64,000 bases of DNA, taken from positions 62,001 to 126,000 of the forward strand of contig QPGO01000158.1 of NCBI GenBank assembly GCA_008632985.1, given 5' to 3'. The stretch comes from Psammoneis japonica (lineage: Eukaryota). A program made the translations under genes and the position numbers. Under the pieces are notes generated by a model. It worked only from the letters and a program-made list of their open reading frames with translations, had not been told where the DNA came from and did not search any database. Positions 51,959 through 62,735 of the stretch are shown here, one piece after another (positions within the stretch are counted from its first letter, which is position 1; the number at the start of each line of letters is the position of its first letter).

Positions 51959-52063
51959 ACGGTGGAAAAGCGATACGAAGTTCGCGCACCTCACTCACTT
52001 TTCGTGCACAACCACACAAAAGTTTGCGAGACACGTAAAACTCACCGTTTGTAACCATCAACC

Positions 52064-55000
52064 ATGGCAGCAGTCGCAGCAGCGATGCGTGCTGCCTGCG
52101 CCCGACTGGGGTTTACCGCGCAGGCAGCCGCGGCTTTAACCGATGAGCAGGGAATCGACTCAGTCGATGAACTGCGTCATCTCGATGACCACGAGGTCGA
52201 GACCTCACGCAAGGTCATTCGTCGCCCAGGAGGGGCTGCGGCAGGAAATCCGCCGGCAGGTGGGAACGTCCAACCCAACCTGGGGACGTCAGTCCCATTG
52301 CGAGCCGAGACGAACCTCAAGCTCACCGCACACACGGCTCGTCACTGCGAGCGCATGTCGCGGACGTTGCGAGCTGTTGACATCAACCTTGCACGAGTGC
52401 GAGGCTGCCGCCACTTCCGCACTGTGGAGGAGACCTGCAAACCGCCCGAAACGCCACCAACGATCATCGAAAAGGACTGGCCGAAGACGATCGAGTCAAT
52501 TCAGGAGCATCTGCGGGCATGCCGAGGCGAAACGAAGATGCCGCTGTCGCACGTCATCCGTGAGAACCAGGAAGCAACCGCCGAGGCCGACGATCGGCCA
52601 CCAACTACAACGACCCGATCGAGGAGATGATCACGAGGGCTCCCCATCTCACTGCTGGGAACAACCCTCAACCCACCGAGACGTTCACGGCCGACAACAT
52701 CAAAGTGTGGGAGATTGTCGCCGGCATCACTCGGGAACATGCGAGTTGGGCTTATGTCAAGCCAGCCCAGAGGCGCCAGGATGGCAGGACGGCCCACCTG
52801 AACCTCTACAACCATTTCTTGGGCCCCAACAATGTAGACAACATGGCGAACGCTGCTGAAAAGAAGCTCGCCAGTCTGTCCTGCCATGGGGAAAAGCGCA
52901 ACTGGAATTTCGAGCGCTGCGTGCGTGTTCATGTCAAACAACACGCGATTCTGGACGGCTCAAACGAGTGTGGTTACGCCGGGATCGACGCACGATCCAA
53001 GGTCCGCCATCTCCTTGCAAGTGTCAAGGACTCGTCGCTTGACTCAGTCAAGATGCAAATTGTGTCTAGCGCAACGTTGCACAATGACTTTGATGCTTGT
53101 GTTGTCCTGTTCAAGGACTTTATCAAGCAGTCCAAGCCGGACAACGACCGAAACGTCTTCGTGTTGCGGCTCTCAAGGCTGGGAAGCGCAAACGAGAAAC
53201 CGTCATTCATGCCGATGACATGGAGGACAAGTGCCACCCTCCCAAGGAGCACAGCAAGCTTTCTCCTCAGGCCAGGAAGAAGCTCAAGTCGCTGCGCGAC
53301 ACACGTGGTGACACGAAGAGCGGCAAGGCCACGGCGGCCGGCAATGCCAAGCAGATCAGAGCTTTGACCAAGATGGTCGTGGCGATCTCAGCTCAGATGG
53401 ACAATTCATCCGATGAAGGCAGCAGCGAATCTGAGACTGAAGAGCCAATGAAGCCTCCGGCTGCCAAGCAGGAACGGAACCGAAACAACAAGGCGTTGAT
53501 TCGTGAGGCTGCTCGCAAGCATGTCCCCAAGGCTGGATGCTGCAGGAAGTGACAGCCAGTGGTGGCCGTCATGCGGCTCAGTCCGTTGCAGACCTCATGC
53601 CGACCCAGACGAAGGTTAAAGGACCGTCGCGAGAAGAGTCTCGCACGGACATTGACAGTCATGCAGACATGAGCGTGCCAGGCAAGCACGCTTTAATTTT
53701 ACTTGACCATGACAGGCCAGCAGACACAGAAGGGTGCGACCCGACTTTGGGTGCCAGCAAGCGCCTGCGTACAGTCAGTGGAGCTGTCACCTGTGCAGAT
53801 CCTCAGACGGGCCACCCACACGTCTTGGTTGTCCACCAAGCAGTCCACAAACCACACCTTGAGCACAACTTGCTGTGTCCAATGCAGTTGTGGCTGAATG
53901 ACGTGGAACTTTCATTAAAACCGAAGTTTCTGCTGACAAAGCCCAACGACAAGGAACATGCGATTGTCGCCAAGGATGCCACGGCACTTCATTGGCCATG
54001 CCTTTAGACCTGGAGGGAGTCTCGAGCTGCTTCCCCTCCAGTGTCCCGACCTCAGCTCAACATGAGGATGCGGCCCAAGATGGGAGCGTGCATGAACTCA
54101 CGCATGAGTCCCCGGAATGGGATCCCGCCTCCTCCAATTTCCACGCCAGGGAAGATGCCATGACCGATGCTCTTGGCAGAGTGCATGAGACCGGGGACGA
54201 CACGCGTCCTCACGCACACATCATGAGCACAAAGCTCTCACGCACTGCAGCTCAAGAGACCTCAGATGCCCTGGGGAATCAGCCGTTGCATGATGTTTCC
54301 GATGCATGCGATGATCATTTGCTGCTGGCATCCATGAAACTGTCTTCGCTCAAGACAACGAAGCGCGGCTTCAAGGTTGACGCTGAACGTTTGGCCGAGA
54401 ACTGGTCCGTCAGCCTCAAGGATGCTCAGAACACTCTCAAGGTTACGACACAGCGTGGAGCCAGGACAGTTCTGCATCCTGTGCCATCACGACGTTTCCG
54501 CGCCAATGACCGACAACTGCGACACAGGCGCATCTCAAAGGAGATGCACTCCGACACCTTGTTCTCCTCTGTCAAGTCTAGATGAGGGAATTTGTGCGCG
54601 CAAGTGTTCGCAATGTCCAATGGGTGGGCACGCGCTTGTGCAACACACAGCCACTGACAAGAGCCAATGTGTCACGGCGACGTGTTGCAGCCTTTAAATG
54701 TCACAAAGGGCATGACAAAATAACCTTTTGTCTGCATGCATGCTGCATTGTGAATTCACAGCGGAGTGGCACATCGCAACCATTGGGCAGGAGGCCAGGG
54801 GTTCGAAACCCTGAGTGGGAGTTGTCTGCAGCAACGTTGATCACTGTCGAACGCGCAAAACTCTGTGCAGTTCTGCACGTTCCTTCGCACGTACCCACAC
54901 TGTTCCGCCAAAACCGTGCAGTGTCAGTGCACGTTAGTAAAGAGCCGCATGGACGCGTGATGCATGGGGAGGAGTGCAACACACAGCTGCCAATGAGAGC

Positions 55001-58000
55001 CAATGTGTCACGGCGACGTGTTGCAGCCTTTAAATGTCACAAAGGGCGTGACAAAATAACCTTTTGTCTGCATGCATGCTGCACTTGTCCATTGAAGTCA
55101 AAACGTCTGGCGCACGAGGCGTTGTCGTTGCTCTTCACGCAAGAAGGCGTGCCCCATGCTGTGCTGGTAGACGGGGCGAGAGAAGAGACAATGGGGCAGT
55201 TTAGCAAGAAAGCCAGGGAGGCCGATTGCCACATTGGACAAACTGAGCCATGTGCCCCTTGGTCTGACACCGCAGAGGGCGCAATTCGTGAACTCAAAGC
55301 GAGGCGTTGGGCACAAGATGGTTAAGTCACAGGCCCCAAAATGCTTGTGGGATGATTGCCTGGAACTGGAAGGCCTTGTTGGGTCTAACACGCTCGAAGC
55401 ATCTGTGAGCTTGACGGTGAAGTCCTGGAAACTGCAGTGTCTGGTCAGACGGCTGACATCTCGCACATGTGTGAACTCGGCTGGTGCAACTGGATCATGT
55501 TTCGAGACACGGCAGTCTCATTTCCCGAGGACAAGGAAGTCCTGGGACGATGTCCAGGCCCGAGCAGGGATGCAGGCCCTGCTGTGACGGTCAAGACACT
55601 CAAGGAGAACGGACAGGTCGTCCATCGCTCATCTCATGGGGCACTGACGCCCGAGGAACAGGAGCACAAGACGCACCTTGCATTGCGTGAGAAGTTCGAC
55701 AGGTCAGTGGAGGTCAAGCCAGGCCCGGGTGTGACCGTCGGGGACTTTGATGACCCTGACGCAATTGCTCCCACCTTCGAACCGTGCGAGGATGACGAGG
55801 AACAGGATGTTCCGGCCAGTGCCTCCGATGAGGATGACACCCCAGACGAAGCCTACGATCAACATGTCAACGCAGAAGCACTGCCACCTCACGGGGACAT
55901 GGAGCAGACTGGGACAGTGAAGCGACGCAAGCTCAATCCGGACGGCACACCTGCCGGACGGGCTGGCCCAAACCCGACACTTGACACTCGTGTGCATGAG
56001 GTCGAGTTTCCTGATGGATAGGAAGCGGAATTCGCGGCGAATGTCATCGCTGAGAATGTGTTCGCACAGTGCGACAATGAAGGCAACCAGCACTTGTTGC
56101 CAGATGCAATCATTGATCACAAGACTGACGGGCATGCAGTCAAGAAGGAGGATGCCTTCATCCAAGACAGTGGAGGACGTCGATCCATGCGCAAGACTGC
56201 CAAAGGCTGGCATCTTTGTGTGCAATGGAAAGACGGATCCACATCTTGGGAACGACCATCCGACTTGAAGGAATCCAACCCAGCAGAGACAGCAGAGCAT
56301 GCTGGGGCTAGATCCACAGAGGACGAACCAGCCTTTGCCTGGTGGGCCCCCTTTACCTTCAAGAAACATCAGCAGATTATGGCCGCTGTGAACAAGCAAC
56401 ATCACAAGTGCACTCACAAGTGCGGGGTGCGCATTCCCAAGACCCATGAAGAGGCAGTCGAGATCGACAAGGCTGACGGCAACCGCTTGTGGCAGGACGC
56501 CACAGACAAGGAGATCGATGTCGTTTCGAAGGCCTTTGAGATTATCGACGACGACGAGGAACTCGTGGGTTGCCAGCATGTTCGCTGCCACTTGGTCTTC
56601 GATGTCAAACTACAAGACTTCAAGCGGAAGGCTCGTTGTGTTGCAGGGGGGCATGCCACTGAACCTCCAGCGACTCTGACGTGTGCAAGCATCATCTCCC
56701 ATGAAAGTGCAAGGATTGCCTTCGCTCTAGCGGCTCTAAATGACTCAGAGGTTAAGGCTGCGGACATTGAGAATGCCTGCATCACCGCACCTGACAGCGA
56801 GAAGATCACTGCAACTCCAGGACCTGAGTTTGGACCCAATGCTGGGAAGCGTGCCACAGTTGAGCGTGCATTGCATGGATTGAAGAGTGCAGGTGCATCC
56901 TTCAGGAACCACTTGGCATCTTGCATGCGCCATCTTGGATGGGAACCATGCCTGGCTGATCCGGATGTGTGTGTGAAGGCACAGGTCCGACCGGATGATG
57001 GGTTCCGTCACTGTGCCCATGCACTGTTGCATGTAGACGACGTGCTTGTGGCACACCACGACGCTACGTTGGCACTCAAGGAATTGGACCGGCACTTCAA
57101 GATGAAACCCGGATCCATCGGTGACCCTGAGATGCGCCTCGGGGCGAAAATCCGTGAAGTGCAAATGCCGAATGGTGTCTGCGCATGGAGCATGAGCTCT
57201 AGCAAGTGCATCCAACAGGCCATTGAGAATGTTGAGGGGCATCTAGATGAGACTGCTCCCGGATGGATGTTGCCACGCAAGGCAACTTCTCCGTTTCTGT
57301 GCAACTGTCGACCGGAACTCGACATCACGCCAAAGCTTGATGCAGAGTGGGCCCGATTTACCAGTTGCAGGTGGGATCCTGCGCTGGATGGTGGAACTCG
57401 GACGAGTCGACCTCACAGTGGAGGTGTCCGAGCTCGCCTCATTCCTCGCCATGCCTGGAGAAGGTCATCTCGACGCAGTCCTGCATGTGTGTGGACACCT
57501 CAAGAATGGACATGATGCCACGCCAGCGTTTGATCCGACGTGCCCGGATGTTGACATGTCTGACTTTAAGGAATGTGATTGGCAGGCATTTACAGGGACA
57601 TTGAGGAGGCAATTCCGCCAAATGCACCAGAAGCTCTGGGCAAGGACATTGATCTACACCCATTTGTGGAATCAGATCATGCGAATGACAAAGTGACGAG
57701 ACGCTCTCGCACTGGTTGTTTTGTCCATTGAATGTGGCACCAGTCACCTGGTTCTCCAAGCGCCAGAGTGCCATCGAGACTTCAGTCTTTGGTGCTGAGT
57801 TTGTGGCTGTGAAGCAGGGCATGGAAGCTTTGCGAGGCCTGAGGTGTAAACTCAGGATGATGGGAGTCCCGCTCAGCGGACCATCACACATTTGTGGGGA
57901 CAACATGTCAGTTGTCCACAACACCCAAAGCCCAGAGTCGACTTTGAAGAAGAAGTCTAACTCTGTGTGCCACCATGCCGTGGGGAGTCGGTGGCTGTGG

Positions 58001-58135
58001 GTGAGTCCCTTGCAGGACACATTAGATCGGAATGCAATCCGGCTGATCTTGCAACCAAGATCATGCACGGTGGTGTCAAACAAGATGGCCTCGTTGGCAT
58101 GATGCTACACGACACATTTGATGACAAAGGATGAA
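52064..58135 (+). pseudogene. copia gag-pol pseudogene
   Basis: ORFs 52064-52630, 52627-53367, 53537-54007, 53992-54585, 55437-56021, 56058-57515, 57716-58102; frameshifts and systematic Tyr->Cys/His. Confidence 0.93.
54639..55083 (+). mobile_element. TRIM (445 bp) nested in the copia integrase
   Basis: 109-bp TG..CA LTRs at 54639-54747 and 54975-55083, PPT ggggaggag, 4-bp TSD CTTG; removing it restores GWARACPLKSK. Confidence 0.92.
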
Positions 58136-58399
58136 AGAAGAATGAACAGTCGCTTCTTCGACTGTTTCTTTTTCTGTTTCTCCTTGCATCTGCGAGCATG
58201 GGAGCTCACACCAGCGGGCATGTTGGCTCGCATTCCTTCCATGCGCCTCTTGGAAGGGCACAGTTGGACCGGCACCCTTTCCCAATTCGGGTTTCAGCAG
58301 GTTGCTGGGGTTTCCTTGTCACTTGGTTGTGGCTAAATGCTGTCGGAGTGTAAATTGGATCAATCCGATTCAGTGTCTGCTTCAACGACTTGAGGGGAC

Positions 58400-58576
58400 T
58401 GAAGAATTTGCCATGTGATCTTATCAGAATTAGTGTTTGGAACTGCACATTTGGCGATTCGGAACGGGAAGACTCCATCCGAGATCTAGTCACAATCTTA
58501 GAAATGGCAGCACGATGTTGCAACGATTTTCTGTGACTTTGCTCTCTGGCAAGCGACTGCAGGGTAATTTGTTCAC
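58400..58576 (+). repeat. Truncated, hypermutated 3' LTR
   Basis: Ungapped 177-bp match to 51174-51350 with 14 substitutions. Confidence 0.95.
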
Positions 58577-59714
58577 ATGCCGGTAGGGCAACATGTCAGC
58601 AGCGCAGAGTGAGCTCACAAGAACATGGCTGTGATGCCTCACTGACAAACCAAGAAGGTTGCTTTGGAGGGAACATGTTGCTCAAAATGGAAATCTGACC
58701 AACCGTGATTTGGTCTCACAACAAAATGTGGCAGTCTTCTCAAACTCCAAAAGCCCGGCTGTGCAGGGACTCTTGTGTTCTTCCTCCTCCTTCAGCTCCC
58801 AGAGAACGAGCCCCTTCTCTCAAGTGTGTGCAACTGGGACCAGCTTGTCAGCCACACCAGTGGTGGCAGGTTTGACAAGCTTCTTGGTGGCCAAGCTTTG
58901 CTGTCATCTAACAGAAATTTCCTCCTCTTTCCTTTGCTCTCTGGTGGCAACGGACACAGCCCACTGGCCGCTTGAGGCACACAATTTGCAAATGTGGAAA
59001 GAATCTGCCTCAATGAGGGAACAGGCATTTTTGCACCAGTCACAGCTGGTGCTTCTATTTCCTTGATTTCTGTGGCTGGGGGGGGATGACCCCTGCATGG
59101 CTGCAGGTGAGCCTGTCCCAACAATGCCTTTGTCCCAACAAAGCCTGGGCATCTGCAAGAAGACTGGAGTGTGATGACAATGATGACAGTGGCTGTCCTT
59201 GCTGCCCTTTTTAGGACAAGAAAGAGGAGCACTGCCACCAAGTGCAACAACATGAGGACTTTGGTTGTCTGACCACTTGTGGCTGCAGCAGAGTTTTGTC
59301 CTTGCATCCATGGCAAGAGCCAACAGCGCCTTTTCAGATCCTCAGCTGATGGGACACCCAGCAGGACAAATTTTAGAAAATGGCAGCAGCTTCAACACCA
59401 CAGCCAGCAATGATGGTGCATCAAGGTTCCTGTGTGTGTGATTTGAGCACATTTTTCTTTTCAAAACACAGGCTTGTCTCAAGATGGAAAAATTGAGCTG
59501 CCCCAGCACCAACAAAACAAAAAGGTGTTTTTTCTGGGACACGTGTGAAGCTCAGATGTGCAAAGAGAGTCCTTTGTCAAGCTGGACAGGACTCAAAACA
59601 AAAAAATCTCATTTTGTTTGATTTGAACATTTGGAAAAGTTTGGCAGAAATTTGAACTTGAGCAAACAAAGCTGAGATGTTTTGCACAGTGTTGACACAC
59701 TGTGACGTGCTGCT

Positions 59715-60360
59715 TGGGATGTGAAGTGCATGTTCAAAAGCTGAAGCTGCAAACCATTTTGCAAAAGAGACTTTTCTGTTGGCTCACACTTTGCCACCAG
59801 GTCTCTCTGTTGGCTGCCCTGACTTTGCTTGCCATCACAAGAGCTGCAGCCAAACAAACCACACAAACTGTGCTCCACCCTTTGAGACTGTTCCTTGGGA
59901 CATGGAAAGTGAGCTCAGAAGCTGAGAGTGCAAACACTTTGGCAGAAGTGACTTTTTCTGCTGGCTCACACTTTGCCACCAGGTTTCTCTGTTGGCTGCC
60001 CTGATTTTGCTCTCCTGCCACAACTGCAGTCAAACAAACCACCCAAACTGTGCTCAACCTTTTGGGGCTGTTTTCTAAGACATGGACAGTGAGCTCAGAA
60101 GCTGAGAGTGCAAACACTTTGGCAGAAGTGACTTTTTCTGCTGGCTCACGCTTTGCTGCCACCAGGTTTCTGTGCACACCCAGAGGCTGCTCTGCTGCCA
60201 AAACTGCAGCCAAGAAACACACCCAAACTGCAATCAAGCCTTTGAGGCTGCTCCTTGGGATGTGAAGTGTGTGCTCAGAAGCTGAAGCTGCAAGCCATTT
60301 TGCAGAAGAGACTTTTTCTGTTGGCTCACACTTTGCCACCAGGTCTCTCTGTTGGCTGCT
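59715..60360. repeat. 180-bp tandem repeat, about 3.5 units
   Basis: gctga(ag/ga).tgcaa at 59740, 59921, 60101 and 60281. Confidence 0.9.
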
Positions 60361-61699
60361 GCCGCTTCATGGGCAAGTCCCAGAAAATTGGTCATTGACA
60401 CAATGCAGCTCTTTTGTCCATCACCCTTTGTGCCAAGTGGAAGCACACCCGGTGCAGAAAGCTGGAGCTGATGCACTCAAATGACAAATGCAAAAGCATG
60501 AAACAAAAAGAGTGCCAACACACCACAGGGAAGTTTTGGTGCTTGCTGACAAACAAGGGCAAAAGGCAAAACACAAAACTGGCTGTCATGGAGGTCCTGC
60601 CATTGTTGTCAGCATGAGTGCAGCACCACTTTACATGCACAAGATGGTTTGCGGACACAGACATGTACAATCTGTGGCAGATTGTGCACTGCCATGCCAC
60701 ATCACATTTTTCTTGATGCAACAGTTCAGATGAGCTCTGCCGCTGGTTGATGCACTGGAATGGCCCAATTTGCTTGAACTGCAAAAGTCATTGGCTGCCC
60801 CAAAATTTGCATGAGAGGCCAATGGACAAACACAATGATGTTGTTGTGGCAGCGGCATTGTCAGCACTTTTCCACTGCCATGCAACAGCACAATGTTGTT
60901 TTTGATGGAACAACACAGATGAGCACCAATGGCTGGTGCATCAGAATGGCCCATTTTGCTCAAACTGCAGGAGCTTGCTGTTTTGTTCAAACTTGTGTGA
61001 GACCAATGCACCATCACAAGCACTTTGCTGCAGCCTTGTTGCAGTGTGCTTTTCTTTACAACACAGATGAGTGCCAGTGGCTGGCACAAGAGAGCAACCA
61101 AATTTGTTCAAACCAGGAGTCACCAGCTTGTCCAAATTTGAAGGAGAGGCCAGTGGTGCCAACACAATGACAACATGGTGGTGGCATGTCAGCACTTTCC
61201 TGCAGCTGCACAACAGCATGTCTTTCATGATGTGTCAAGAGGGCAGACAAGCATTGATGGCTGATGTGAAGGAACAGTCTGTTTTGCTCAAACTGCAGGA
61301 GTTCATCACATTCTTGTTCAAGCTTGCATGAGGCAGCCATCAGCATGTTTTTATGATGATGTGGCTGAGTTGTCAGCACTTTCTTGCAGCCTTGCAAAAG
61401 TGTGTTTTGACAGCATAAATGAGTGCAGGTGAATCTGTCATGTTCTGGCACAAACAGAAATTTGGGGATGCACTGGGCATGACAATGTTGCTGTCATTGG
61501 CAGACTGCCAAGGTGCACTTGAAATGTTGGTTGGTGAGCGCGAGTTTGGCTGTTGCACCACCCCCACATGAGTGCTTCAGAACTGCCATGAGTTGATCTT
61601 CAGATGGTCCTGATGCATGATTTGGTCATTTTGGAAGACTGGTGGAGACTGTGCTTTGAATCCATGGGGCACCCTGCCTGGACAACAAGCAACTTCCAT

Positions 61700-62735
61700 G
61701 TTGGCAATTTTTGCTTTTTAAGTTGCCACAAAAGAAGTCTCAGCATGCAGCCCAAACACTCTGATGGCACATGCACACTTGTGGGACATTGTCACTTGCA
61801 GAGACAATGCTGCAGTGATCATGAAATGGCGGGAACTTCAAATGAAGGCCTCTGCTGTTGTGCCACAGTGGAGTGCAGCATCTTCACTCCTTGTGTCTCT
61901 TTGTGATGTCTGCGTGGTGCCACACAGAATTGTGCATGGTGCATGCATGCATGGAGCCCCTCACATTGGGTTGCACTTGCACACCAAAAATGAGCTCTCC
62001 AAGCTGTCCATGGCTGTGACATTGTTTCCTGGAAAAGGTCAGGTGAGTCATTGTTGCATGAGTCCATTGGCAGGACCAACATCTTGCATGTTCCTCATGG
62101 GCAGACAAGCATGCACAGCGTTTGGCTGCTGCTGTCTGCAAGTCAAATGTGGCAGCACCCTCTGGCATTGAGGAGATCTGATGATGACACCCACCACACA
62201 AAGCTTTCAAGCTCATGCAGCATGTCTGGACATGAGGAATTGGGTGGGGCAATCTTTTGTCCCCATTGTTGAGCTCACGGAAATTGCCAACAAACCATGC
62301 CACAAAATCTTGCTTTGGCAAGGAAAATGATGGAGCTGCGCACTGCAGACACAGTTGGTTGTGTGCTCAGCAATGCCAACTTCATGAATGTGCTCCACTT
62401 TCTTTCTCAGCATTGCTTCACATCCCCTTGGGGCTTTGCAAAGATGTCTGCAACATGGCACAGCATGATCCTCTTTGAGCTTGGTGTGCTGACAGGAACC
62501 CCCTTTCCACTCGCCTGACATGCCATCAAGCAAGGACTCACACTTGCTCAACAAACTGAGCAGCTTCATGTTCTGGTCACTGCCAAGACCTGTTGCTCCC
62601 TGCATTGTGTCCTCAAGGCATGCTGGCACATGCTCAGCATCTGAGATCTTCACAATTCTCAGTTCTGTTGCTTTCTGAAAACAGTGCCTCTGGATCTTGA
62701 AAACAAATGAAGGTTTCTGCAGTGGCTTCTGCACA
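61700..62735 (-). pseudogene. Ty3/gypsy reverse transcriptase remnant
   Basis: LLSKCESLLDGMSGEWKG, KLKEDHAVPC, PKQD..FVGNFRELN..KRLPHPIP, LPMDSCNNDSPDLFQE resemble gypsy LLxKYxxLFDGTLG, DFRELN, PYPIP, LPMG..SPDxFQ. Confidence 0.75.

Larger units (their letters stand above)
51174..58576 (+). mobile_element. Ty1/copia LTR retrotransposon (diatom CoDi-like), inactivated; 3' LTR truncated
   Basis: Order gag-PR(DSHAD)-INT(HSDTLF, VDGAREE, AEGAIRELK)-RT(ADIENA, ALHGLK, HVDD)-RH(SDHA, IETSVFGAEF, GDNMSV); PPT ttgaggggac before the 3' LTR. Confidence 0.95.

Noticed and set aside
54760..54815. Functional tRNA gene
   Set aside because: Only A/B-box-like and T-arm-like parts are visible; no anticodon arm or acceptor stem.
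52064..58135. ADAR-type A-to-I editing of retroelement RNA or RT error
   Set aside because: Both A->G and T->C occur on the same strand, sister LTRs differ, and a DNA transposon and host fragments are affected too.
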